NCBI GenBank assembly: GCA_951406725.2
Contig: OX597815.1
Location: forward strand, 70,618,001-70,682,000
Direction: 5' to 3'
Length of the DNA stretch: 64,000 nucleotides
Origin: Octopus vulgaris
Taxonomy: Eukaryota
Part shown: piece by piece, positions 13,322 through 24,642 of the stretch
Layout of the letters: each line of letters opens with the position of its first letter
How positions within the stretch are numbered: position 1 is the first letter of the stretch
Translations under genes and position numbers: made by a program
Notes under the pieces: generated by a model
What the model was told of the DNA's origin: nothing
The model's database searches: none
What the model saw: the letters and a program-made list of their open reading frames with translations, nothing else

Positions 13322-14049
13322 GCACGCACCACATACACATACTGTCAGATAAATTCATTCGTTCGTTCCTCCACAGATACACACCATTTATTTTAATCCT
13401 TTGCAATGCAATTAACACAAAAAATATTTTTATAGTGTTTTTTTTTTTTCTGGGGTTTTGTTTTAGTAATTCTAAACTTTCTCTACAACTTTTATCGTTT
13501 TTGAAATTTGAATAAATTTTACATCTTATGAAAACAGGGCGATGGAGTACCAATTAGAAAAAATACCCCAACGATTTATTTATTTATCTGACAACCTAGT
13601 GTGTGTGTGTGGGGGGATATTATTCCCCTTAAAGAGAGTTCCTACGACAATTTCTATGAACCATAAGCGTTGTGGAGTGAGTCACCTTCTATTTAATTCT
13701 ATGTTCGTGTCATTTGATTGCGAACAAGTGTTAAATAGATGCTTGTAAAGTGTTAAATGTGTAAATGTATGTGTACATATTTGAGTGGGCCTGCATACAT
13801 GTGTGTTTGTATGCATGTATGTATGTATATGTGTGAGCGTGCGTGTGGGTGGGTGTGAGTGTGCGTGCATTTATATGTGCATGTGTATTCATATGTAAAG
13901 CACCTTTTTGAGCATCAGTACACATCAGCTGATGGCACAGAGATGACTAATAACTGTTTAAATTGTGTTCATTGTGCTTTCAAGTAAACTTGAATTTTTT
14001 TCTTCTTTATTATTTCTTCATACACCTGAGGATCTGATTTGAAATCCAT

Positions 14050-14165
14050 CAAAGGAATTTGTGCCTGTTTCGGTAGGTTGAGATGAGCTCGGTCCTTTTT
14101 TCTTTTTCTAGAATTTGGTAAATAATATGAAATTTCTCTGAAAGACAGAAGTCACAGTATTCCGG
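14050..14165 (-). pseudogene. Penelope-like endonuclease C-terminal relic
   Basis: Translates PEYCDFCLSEKFHIIY...KRTELISTYRNRHKFL*, matching the typical CxLCLxEK...KRxELISxCRH end of these ORFs. Confidence 0.6.
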
Positions 14166-14699
14166 GAATTTCGATTAAATATCAGGATGCTATATTTGAT
14201 ATTGACTATATGAATAAGCTTGTATCAGATTTTATATATGCCTAACAAAAGTGTTAATTGAGAATTTGTATGGTCTTGTATCACAAAATAACCAAATGCT
14301 GTACGTGAATTAACGGCGGAATCTTTTTATGGTTGTTAGAAATTCAAGAAATAGCAGCTAAATATCTTCCAAATAACACCCAAAACTCTTAAAACAAGAT
14401 AAAATAGCCATGATAGACCTAGAGTTAAACAATAAACAAGCATGCACACACACACACGCACACACATGTACGTGTATGCGTATATACATATATGCACACA
14501 CACACAGCCCAAAATATACAACAAATATTAAAATAATAATGTCAATAAAAAACAATAACTTATCAATTTTTTATTTATGCAAACAAAAGGGGAAGTAGAA
14601 ATTTACGGTAATACAGTTTTAAATTACAATTATGGAACATGGTACATCTTAAATATTTTCCATGTTCCCAATACATGATAACGCCGAAGTACTAAGTTC

Positions 14700-15972
14700 A
14701 TTAAAATCCTAAAAAATCACTCATCATCTTCAGCACCGAATAAAGCTTCATAATCATCAGGATGAACGATATCATCGCAAGATTCTCTTCATCTTCATCT
14801 TCGCTGTCCATATTTAGAGGCAGTACATCATCTACTTCTTCGTTATCCATGTCATTCTATAGACAGTTGTCTTCTGTACCATCCAATGGATTCGAAAGTC
14901 CACATTTTTTAAATGATCTGACAACAATTTCAACTTTTATTTCCTTCCATGAATCAACGATCCATTCACAGATCAGAGGCAGTGGTGGAGCCCGCATACT
15001 ACCTCCTTTCGTGTACGTTTTTTTCTCCATCATGCATCTAGTTATTCCACTTGATTCTTATCATGTTCTTAAATGATTTATGGTTGCAAAACATTTGTAA
15101 GCCCGCCGGGAACTTCAGCTATATCAGTATTTTGTGACTTGAGGTTATCAACAACATTCTTCACTAGATGTGTCCTAAACTGATCTCATACGAACAAACT
15201 CTTTTCCTTTCATAGTCCACCAGTCGTAAATTACAAACCTTCTTTATCCATTTTCTCCGTCCACCTTCATCCATCCATCCTTGTGGATGTACATGGATGA
15301 CAATTCGTTTCGGAAATTTCTCCTTCGGCACAGTTTTTCTCTTAAAAACAACCATCGATTTTAATTTAGTACCATCAGCCATACATGAAAGAAATAAAGT
15401 AACCTTGCTTTTCTCGTGGCCAATGGTTCTCATGAATACTGGGTTTTCTCCTTTTTGATTCATAGTTCGATTCTCTGGCATTTCTTCCATGTTCCCAATA
15501 CATGATAACGTATACTCCTCTTTCTGCTGATTTCTTATTAAAAACCGATGAAACTATCATCTTATCTAGATTAGCAGGCAGCTTTTGTGCCATCTTAGTT
15601 CTCTGCCGAAGTACTAAGTCATAACGTCTCATGAACTTAGTGTACCATCCAGCACTTGCTTTAAAATCTGAAATTCCATCCTTCTTTGATTCCTTTCGTG
15701 CATGAATTCGGATGGTTTCACGAGTAACACCCTTTCACCAATTGTGGCCACTTGATAGGCTTTCCTCTGTTAGCACATTTTCTTTTTGGCATTGTTTGAG
15801 GTTTGTTAGATATCTTTCTCCAGTCTCTCACAAGTTTCTCAGAAACACAAAATTCTCTTGCTGCAACACAGTTATTTGTCTTCTCAGCAACTTCAGCAAC
15901 TTTTAGTTTAAATGCTGCTGTATATTTGTTGATTTTTCTGGAGGGCATTTTTACGTAAAATGACATAGACAT
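14700..15972 (-). pseudogene. pogo-family transposase (Brinker-type DNA-binding domain, CENP-B HTH, DDE), frameshifted
   Basis: YTAAFKLKVAEVAEKTNNCVAAREF, FKASAGWYTKFMRRY, GHEKSKVTLFLSCMADGTKL and QGWMD spread over several frames, plus an acidic tail. Confidence 0.9.
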
Positions 15973-16599
15973 TTTAAACCCTCAACTATACGACTGTATT
16001 CAACGGGTGCTATACGGAAACTAAGGTCAGCTGAGCTGCAAAGAGATGTTAAGACTCGACTCTGACTTGATTTTTTAAAATCCCAACTCTGACCTGGTAT
16101 CTTAAAATTTTCACGCTAAATTCCTTCATTGCCCTCTGTTTTCTCACCTACTTTTTTAATGTTTAAATTGCCATGGCATTTTAAGCTATTTTTCTCTGAT
16201 AAAAGTTATCGGTTTGACTCTTACACAGTTCCATTGATCATTGTAGTTGGGAGGAATCGTCAAAAGCTGCACGTCAAATCGAATCCTACATTAAAGCAAA
16301 AAGGAATGCCGGTACAAATTGTTATGCCATGAAACAAGAGCTGTATTAAAAAATAGATCAGTATGAAACGTACAGTAATAATATAATGTTAATGCATTTC
16401 GGCATAGACGCTATCGTATTCACGCTCACGCTTACTTGCTATTTCGTGGAATACGTTCGTCATACGATTCTTAAAAGGTAAACAGTGTGTTGTGTTCTGT
16501 GTATATGTTGTTCCCCAAAGAAATGAAAAAAAGTTGCAAGATGTCATGTGCAGTTACCAGTAAATGTCCATAATATGGTGTAGAGTTGTTAAGTTGGAA

Positions 16600-16718
16600 C
16601 AGGGATTCCCAAAGTGCGTTCAGCAAAACCCCAGGGTTCTCTGAAAGTTATCAGGGATTCCAGGTTTTTAAAAAATAATATCGATGGATTCCAAGGCAAA
16701 GAAGTTTGAGAACCACTG
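16600..16718. mobile_element. hAT-like MITE
   Basis: Imperfect TIRs CAGGGATTCCCAAAGT ... AGTTTGAGAACCACTG. No TSD seen. Confidence 0.55.
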
Positions 16719-17067
16719 ATCTAGCGATTAACTAAATGTTTTTAGGCTTACCGAAGTCATGCCTCTGTACGAATTCATACAGTGGTGTTTGCTGTTGTTC
16801 GCCGATAGTGTTGTCTGTGAAACACGTTTCTCACCATATAAACAGACGAGCGTATGACGCATGAGTTTATTGTATTTGGAGATGAGGAAAATATAAAGGT
16901 CGCATGGGAACCAATGATCTAGCGATTACTTGAATGTTTTTAGGTTTACCAACGTCATGTCTTTGTACGAATTCAGACAGTAGCGTTTGTCAGTGTTCGC
17001 CAATAGTGCTGTCTGTGAAACACATTTCTCACCATGCAAACGAGTGTATGACGTATGTGTTTATTGT
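16710..17067 (+). repeat. Diverged tandem duplication, period about 198 bp
   Basis: GAACCA(C/A)TGATCTAGCGATTA...TACGAATTCA...GTCTGTGAAACAC...GTATGACG occurs twice. Confidence 0.85.
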
Positions 17068-17329
17068 GCTTGAAGATCTATGCAGGGTTGCAGCAGATCC
17101 TGTGCATACATTTTAGTAATGGTGACGTTGCACCCATCAACAGATGTGTAGCGCTAGCTATTAAATGGTATTTTACGATAAGTACCAAGCAATCCATTAT
17201 AAGCACCAAACATTCCACCAACAGAGCAGGTTACAGTAAGGTAGACACACAATTTTGTAACAGTGTTATTTCTACGTACAGGATAATACGGTACTTTGAC
17301 CCACAAATGTTGTCCAGCTCGTGAAATAC

Positions 17330-17432
17330 TAGTATCGACTTTTATACGGGGTCTATGGAAAATTCCCAATTCTTTGGCCAAAAACAAGGGGTCGCTTTTT
17401 ACATGAGATCGACTGTTACTTGAGTATATACA

Positions 17433-17434
<2 letters not shown>
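17330..17434. mobile_element. pogo/Tigger-like terminal fragment
   Basis: Repeated TCGACT...TATAC subterminal motifs ending GAGTATATACAG next to (TA)n. Confidence 0.5.
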
Positions 17435-17528
<94 letters not shown>

Positions 17529-17534
17529 TTCAAA

Positions 17535-17675
17535 TTTATAGAAAAAGCAAGACAAAAACATGTGTAGGAACAACAAGCAAGTGTATCAGTTTGACGCTCG
17601 AGAAAAATAGAAAGGCCTTTTAAAACGTTTCGAGTCTACACTCTTCGACAGAAAGGAATAAGAGGAAACACATAA
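17535..17675 (-). mobile_element. Short Penelope-derived repeat with variant hammerhead motif
   Basis: Minus strand reads CTGTCGAA-GAGT-gtag-ACTC-GAAA-CGTT. Related to 5880-6070, 38005-38225 and 56084-56275. Confidence 0.55.
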
Positions 17676-18294
17676 AATGCAAAATACAAAGTTATATCTT
17701 GATATCGCTAGTGATAACAATACTCAAAATATATAACAGACTGGAATTGTTAGCTCTTCTTTTTTCTCTACATTGTATACTTTATAGACAATAGCCTTTT
17801 CTTTAATTTAATTTTTTATTATCCATCTGGACGCTAATTTCTGCACGCTAATTTTATTTTTAATTTATTCCCATTCATGTGAAACCACTTATTCAAGTTC
17901 AAATCATTCATGCAATTTTATACCAATTGCTATTTTTACTTTTGTTATGTTACGATTATATTATACTTTAGTTTGATTTTAATTATTACTTACTACATAT
18001 AATTCAATTGTTATTATTATTTTTATTGTTGAAGTGAAAGCATCTGACATAAAATAAAGAAATATTTTTGTTTCATTTTTAACACATAATACTGAAATAG
18101 TGGAGAAGATATGATATTGCTATGGGCTCGCTCTAGGCTAGAAGTTGAACATTTATTTTGCCCATGAAACTACATGGATCCTAAGTAAGGCATGTGTAAA
18201 ATTTGAATGAAATTGGTTGTGTAGTTCTCAAGTTTTAGGGAAACACACAGACAGACACGCACACACACATTCTCAGTTTTGTGTATATATATAA

Positions 18295-18412
<118 letters not shown>

Positions 18413-20128
18413 TTTGCCTATGTGTGTGTGTTGGCTGTGTGGTAAGACGTTTGCTTTCTAGCCACATAGTTCTGAGTTCAGTACTACTGTGTGGCACTAT
18501 ATTGTTTTGCCTCAATTTTGCGTCACTTTTATATTTTTACTTGCTTAATAGAATTAGATGTGTATATAACACATTAATGAACTAGCCTGATTAAATAATT
18601 AACTAAAAAGAAAAAGGAAAGCAACTAAAAAGAAATTAGCAAAAAAAGCAGAAAGCAAGTAAAGCTGAAAGAGAAAATTAGTAATAAAAGTTAAAAGTTA
18701 GAGCAATAGCATATTAAAAATAACATTATTAATTAAATATCAAAGTTAAAAAATAAGTTGTAGACTATAAGTACTTTTGACTAATGCCTTTTCTAAACAG
18801 CCTTACTACATGACCATAGATACACAACCAGAAATGTCTATATTCTGTCAATGGAATTTTGAATTTTAAAGAAAATAAAGATAAAATAAAGTTAGTTTTT
18901 TTATGCAAATTTAAGTCACGTAGATCTTGAGTTGATAAAAATAATAATTTTTGCGATTTGAAATGAAAAATAAACACTTGTGTTATGTAATAAATTTAAT
19001 TAACAATGGTCAATGACATAATTTATTAAATAACTTCATTGCTAATAAATTTAAGATTAAGATTAAAAGTAATATAAAATATAATCACTTAGAATTGTGA
19101 CTTTTCTGAACAGCCCTACTACATGATTCAGTACTGCTCAGAGAGACACAGTCACAAGTGGCTATATTTTATTGAATAATTTAGGTTGTTTAAAACAAAA
19201 ATTAACATGAAGTCATTTATAAAAGCAAGTAATGCCCTGAACCTACATCCCTACAAACCTTTCATTGGAAAGCTGAAAATCAGATTATTAAACAAATGTG
19301 TTTACTTTATTATAAAATCGTAGTAATCTACAAAAGTAGATTAATTGTCAATATTTATGAGTGTGTAAATTTTATTTTTTAATTGAGATAAAAGCAAGGA
19401 AAAAATATTTAATTTAATGGGACCAAAACTATGAAATTTCTCATGGTGTCATTGATAATTTTTTTATTACCTCAATGATGCCAGTCACATACATTAAAAG
19501 TCTCCTTATAGAACTATATTCAAAAAAGTATAGAACTGTATCATCACCCTCAAATTTGAGAAACAAACACTCATAGCTTTTTTCTTTTAGAACTTCATTA
19601 CATAAGATTGATACCATGAAATTCCTCGAATTGAGCTCTATCATTTAAGCTTAATTAAAATACAGTTTGTTTTCAAAATAAAGAAGTTAATTATATTTAA
19701 ATCCAATTTTTTGCCTTACTTATATATTTTTTCATGATATTTTACCTCACAACTTTTTTCATATAAATTTTTGTTGCATGGGACAAAAATTATGAAATTC
19801 CTCATGCTTTCTTCTATCATTTAAGCTAAGATAAATATAATTTGCTTTTAAAATAAAAAAACAACTTATTTAGATCTAAACTTGGTTGGAAGCATTATTT
19901 ACTTTCCTATAACATTGCTACAAATTTTTATGTAAACTTTTTTCTACAAGACCAAATCTCAATTTTTCATGCTAAAATGTAGCTAGGGACTAGTCCTCAT
20001 CAAAAATATGAACATTTTCAATTTGGTTAAGAACTGAATTAGTGACAAGCTTTAAAAGATGCTGCGTATGAGTAAATTGCAGTCTTAAGAATATTATTCA
20101 ACTACTACTGTAGTTGAATGATACATTT

Positions 20129-20187
<59 letters not shown>

Positions 20188-20358
20188 TAGCTGAGTTAGA
20201 GGTTAAAATAACAATCAAAGGGATAGAAGTATCCATTACACTACTGGTATATTACCTATGTTTAACCATGGGCATACATATGCAAGCATATTATACTCAT
20301 AAACTATAGGTAAAGACAAGGATAAACATGAGTTTATCAAGAATCAAAAATTAAAGAA

Positions 20359-20389
<31 letters not shown>

Positions 20390-20394
<5 letters not shown>

Positions 20395-20540
20395 GCTTCT
20401 TTCAGTTTCCATCTACCAAATCCACTTACAAGACTTTGATCAGCCCAAGACGATAGTAGAAGACACTTGCTCAAAGTGCCAAGCAGTGGGACTGAACCTG
20501 GAACCATGTGACTGGGAAGCAATCATACAGCCACGCCTAC
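20390..20540 (-). mobile_element. CORE-like SINE 5' part
   Basis: GGGCTTCTTTCAGTTTCC...GTAGAAGACACTTG...GGAACCATGTG, as in other copies. Confidence 0.75.
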
Positions 20541-20739
20541 ACACACACCATACATATAATAAAACACAAAATGCCCCTGTCAATCACGCTTGGGGGAAAG
20601 AAAAGTAAAGCAACACACTCAGTGGGAGAGGGTGGCAGTGACAGGTGTTAATGCAAACTCCAAAGACACTGATATTTTAATCAAAATAAACTTCAAAATT
20701 TTTGCTGTTTACAGTAGTGCTTGAATGGAAGGTGTGTAG

Positions 20740-21070
20740 CATGTGATTGTCGCATTGACCATGACAGAGAAAGTTGAACAGAGATTTTGCATCAAATTTT
20801 GCCAAAAGCTAGGCAAAACCTGCTCAGTGGCCTACGCAAAGTTTTCAAAAAGTTTCATCTTTCTCAACACAATCAAGGAGATCTTGTGCAACTGAAACCC
20901 AAGTGTCTTTTTGGTTAGCTGAAAGCAGTTTTGGCACAAATTTGGCAGACATGCGTCTCATACCCAAATCTTCAGTGATAATGGACGGAACGGAACCAAA
21001 CAGTAACTGCACATCTTCTGATAACTCACGGATAGTGATTTAATGATTTCCCCTTCAGATGTGGATCGTT
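20740..21070. mobile_element. Rearranged mariner fragment (N-terminus on +, internal segment on -)
   Basis: Plus strand gives MTEKVEQRFCIKFCQKLGK from 20761. Minus strand gives ITIRELSEDV...LGMRRMSAKFVPKLL at about 20900-21040. Confidence 0.7.
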
Positions 21071-21084
21071 TTATTTGAAGCATA

Positions 21085-22791
21085 TCAAGAGAAGTCTGCC
21101 TTTTTCCTGCCTTTCAAAATGTTACGAAAATACGCCAGAGTAGTGTCATTAAATAAAGCAGCTGTACGACCTGTAGATACTTTTTCAGGATGATGTTTTT
21201 CTACAAATTCAGAAAGATATTGCCACTTTGCCAACACTGCCTTTATGTCACTCGTAGAGTTAACAATCTCTGCTACACTGTCCTCCTCCGGAGAACCAAT
21301 CTCTTCCACCGCATCCAAATGCTACTGTCCCTGAAGCTGCAGGAGTTCATCTGTCGTCAGCTTCTCTGAGAGTTCCTCGACAAAATCGTTAATGTCCCCA
21401 TCATCAACCTCGAGGCCCATGGACTTGCCAAGAGACACCATCTCCTCAACAACAGGGGTCCCAAACTCAAACCCCTCGAAGTCGCTTTCTGATACGCAGT
21501 CAGACCACAGTTTCCTCCATGCAAAATTCAGCGTTCTCCTCGTTAAACCTTGCCAGGCCATTCAATGATTTTTCAGGCAGTTTACAATGTTGTAGTGCCC
21601 CTTCCAAAACTCAGGAAGGGTTAGATTTGTATTTTCGGTGACTTCAACGCACCGACGAAACAGGTATCTGGAGTACAATTTCTTATAATTAGAAATCACC
21701 TGTCGGTCCAGGGACGGTAAGACAGGGGTGGTGTTGCGTGAAAGGTACAAAACTTTTATGAATTTAAATTCGTCCAGGATATTATCTTCGAAGATAGGGG
21801 GTGAGCAGGAGCATTGTCGAGGATGAAGAGAGCCTTGACAGGAAGATCGTTCTCCAGAAGGTACTTTTTCACTGCTGTCCCGAAGATAAAGTTGACCCAC
21901 TCGGTAAAGAATTGCATGGTGATCCAGGCTTTAACGTTTGCCCTCCACATGATCTGCAGTTTCTCTTTCAGGATTTTGTGTAACTTGAACGCTCATGAGT
22001 TTTCGGAATGGTAGACAAGGAGCGACTTAATCTTCAAGTCTCCACTCTCATTGGCACAAAGAGCGAGAGTTAGCCTATCTTTCACAGGCTTGTGGCCTGG
22101 CACTTTCTTCTTCTCTGCAGTTATGTAGGTTCTTCTGGGCATTTTCTCCAAAAAAAAGGTAAGTTTCATCACAGTTGGATACCCGTTGTGCGATGTACTC
22201 CTCGGCTGCGATGAGCTGACGGAATTCGCGCACGAAATCCTCAGCTGCCTTTGTGTCAGAACTTGCTGCTTCTCCATATCTGACGACACCATGAACAGTC
22301 CTCTTCTTGAAATTATCGAACCAGCCGCGACTAGACTTAAATGTGTCTGCTGATGTCTCCTCTGTTGTTGATGTTCCAGGGTTCTGCTTCAGGAGATCCC
22401 CATACAGCGCTCGTATGATTTGTATTTTCGATGACTTCAACGCACCGACGAAACAAATGATTTCTTTCTCGCAAATGATTGTCTCCGTAATCGTATCCTC
22501 TTCGAATTGCTTCTCGTTCATCCACAGCAGTAATTTTTCCATCTCTTCTTGGACAGATGCGCGTTGCTTGGAGAGCCTGGAGACACCACTTGCTGTTGTA
22601 AAGGTATTGATCTCGTCCTTTTTCTTCAGGTTAGTGCAGATTGTCGACATGCTTCGTTCATATTGACATACTATGTTCACAAAACACACTCCTCTCTCAT
22701 GTTTATCAATGATTTCCTTCTTCAATTCTATCATTATCAGCTTTTTCTTCTTCCTAGAACAATCCTTTGTACTTACCTTCTTAGGACCCAT
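21085..22791 (-). pseudogene. Tigger (TIGD1-like) transposase, frameshifted
   Basis: MGPKK...IELKKEIIDKHERG, FKSSRGWFDNFKKR, GEAASSD, NCDET, KDRLTLALCAN, KAWIT, LDNAPAHP, AWRKLW. Confidence 0.92.
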
Positions 22792-23100
22792 GGCTAATAC
22801 AACCAATTATTATAAAATAATATGGCTAACACAACTAATTATTATAAAATAACATCTAATTATCATAAAATAAGGCGGCAAGCTGGCAGAATCGTTAGCA
22901 CGCCGGGCGAAATGCGTAGCCGTATTTCGTCTGTCGCACATGTGTTCGTGAAGTAAGAATTGCTGTTTCGTGGTGTTAATATTGTTAACAACTGTTGTTT
23001 CTTGTTAAACTGTTGAATAACTTAACTGTTGGAGTTTTCAATTGAAAACACTTAGTGCTTGTGGTAGCACGCGTTGTTCATTCCCCCTTTGGGGGGAAGA

Positions 23101-24627
23101 ATGTCGTCTAGCATGGAGCCTACCGTTGGAGCAGAAATACTTGTTTCTCTTGTTGAGAGGAGGAAATACATGTCCGGCGAGGAGCCAACTACAGACAAGG
23201 AAATAGGGGTTTCCCCCGCTACAAGAAGGAATAGCAGAGAGGATAATATATTTGATATTTTTGGAGATGTGTCTGAGAGCTCGTTAGAACTTTCACCAGA
23301 AGAGTTTCCGACTTTGCCAGAGAACAAAGGCATTGTGTCGAAGAGAATAATTGATGTGCCTAGCATCCAGATAGAACCAAAAAATGGAAAAAAAAGTTTT
23401 GCGTTGGCTGCTGGGGGTGGAACCCAGATACTGTCGACGAATAAAAGCGAAATTATGAAATACAGCAAAATGATGGAAATAACTGACAACAGTGTGAAAA
23501 TTGAACCTCCGCAAAAGTTATTACAGGAAGAAAAGCAAAAAACAATAATTTTCAAAACATATTGTCTACAAAATAGAAAAATTGAAAGAATGTCAGAAGA
23601 GAAAATAGAAAAGTGCTTAAAGCCAATATTGGGCGATGTAGTATTTCTGAGAAGAGGAAAAAAATTCGGAACGGTGGAAGTAAGGTTCACCAATAAAGAA
23701 ATAGCACACAAGAACTCAGTTGAAACGTTGAAAACGAACGACGTGGAGTTAATACCCTATTATATGGGGATGAGGACGTCGCGAATAAAAATTACAAGGG
23801 TCCCGCCAGAGGTCGAACCTATGTGGTTGTTGGCGGCAGTCCTAATCAAAGAGGTAGAAAAAATTACTCTCCTCCAGGCTACCGCTACGGAAAACCCACG
23901 CTGGGATGGTCAAACAATTAATCTTCTCATTCAAGCGGACCCTAAAATAATTCAAACAATTCCTGAGACAATTGAGGTAGGGGAGGAGAACCTCGTGGTG
24001 TTTGTTGAGGGCCGAAAACCTCGATGTTTTTTATGTGGTCAATTAGGCCACATTCGAAGGAACTGCAAGGAAAATGAAGAAGAGGAGGAAGAGGAGAAAA
24101 AAGACAAAGAGGAAGAAGATAAAGAAGAAACAGATGAGAAAAAAACAACAAACAAAAGAAAAATACAACCAGCAACCCAGCCGAGAGCGGCGACTACTAC
24201 AGAACAACGACCAAAAAAGACTGCCAGAAGAGAAAAAGAAGAAAAAGGCATAATAGCCGTATACACTAAAGATACTGAGCTCATGAGAGACATTCAACTC
24301 ATAAAGACTGTAAAAAAAATTGATAACCTTTCAGAGGAATTTATCAATTACGACATATATGAAGTCTCAAATAAGACTTATAGAATTCTACAAAATAAGT
24401 ACAGAAAGACTGTATCTTCATTGAGATTAGATTTTAACAAGTCGATATTTCATGGATTACCAGCTCCGATCCCGCGAGAAAAGGAAAAGGTGGAGATTCC
24501 CCCTCCACCTGATAATTCTGTGTCGGTGGTGAGACGGGATTTTGACAAATCTATTTCCCAAGACCGTCCACCTCCGACCCTGGATAAAAAAAAAGGTGGA
24601 GGGTCCCCCTCCACCGGACAATCCTAA
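23101..24627 (+). CDS. LINE ORF1 nucleic-acid-binding protein with CCHC zinc knuckle
   Basis: Uninterrupted ORF (first ATG at 23101) with CFLCGQLGHIRRNC followed by an acidic/basic low-complexity tract. Lies directly upstream of ORF2. Confidence 0.88.
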   Translation: MSSSMEPTVGAEILVSLVERRKYMSGEEPTTDKEIGVSPATRRNSREDNIFDIFGDVSESSLELSPEEFPTLPENKGIVSKRIIDVPSIQIEPKNGKKSFALAAGGGTQILSTNKSEIMKYSKMMEITDNSVKIEPPQKLLQEEKQKTIIFKTYCLQNRKIERMSEEKIEKCLKPILGDVVFLRRGKKFGTVEVRFTNKEIAHKNSVETLKTNDVELIPYYMGMRTSRIKITRVPPEVEPMWLLAAVLIKEVEKITLLQATATENPRWDGQTINLLIQADPKIIQTIPETIEVGEENLVVFVEGRKPRCFLCGQLGHIRRNCKENEEEEEEEKKDKEEEDKEETDEKKTTNKRKIQPATQPRAATTTEQRPKKTARREKEEKGIIAVYTKDTELMRDIQLIKTVKKIDNLSEEFINYDIYEVSNKTYRILQNKYRKTVSSLRLDFNKSIFHGLPAPIPREKEKVEIPPPPDNSVSVVRRDFDKSISQDRPPPTLDKKKGGGSPSTGQS

Positions 24628-24642
24628 TTAAACAGGTAAGTG

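Noticed and set aside
13969-14137. Apparent terminal host exon on the minus strand (good acceptor, open 55-aa frame)
   Set aside because: Another frame reads CDFCLSEKFHII...KRTELIST, the C-terminus of a Penelope-like endonuclease, running through the supposed acceptor.
18560-20060. AT-rich block with short internal direct repeats
   Set aside because: Probably an old non-autonomous element, but I could not establish ends, TSD or coding relics.
22874-22937. tRNA-like sequences with A/B boxes (also 12126 and 55686)
   Set aside because: These are SINE heads continuing into SINE bodies; I could not build a full cloverleaf.
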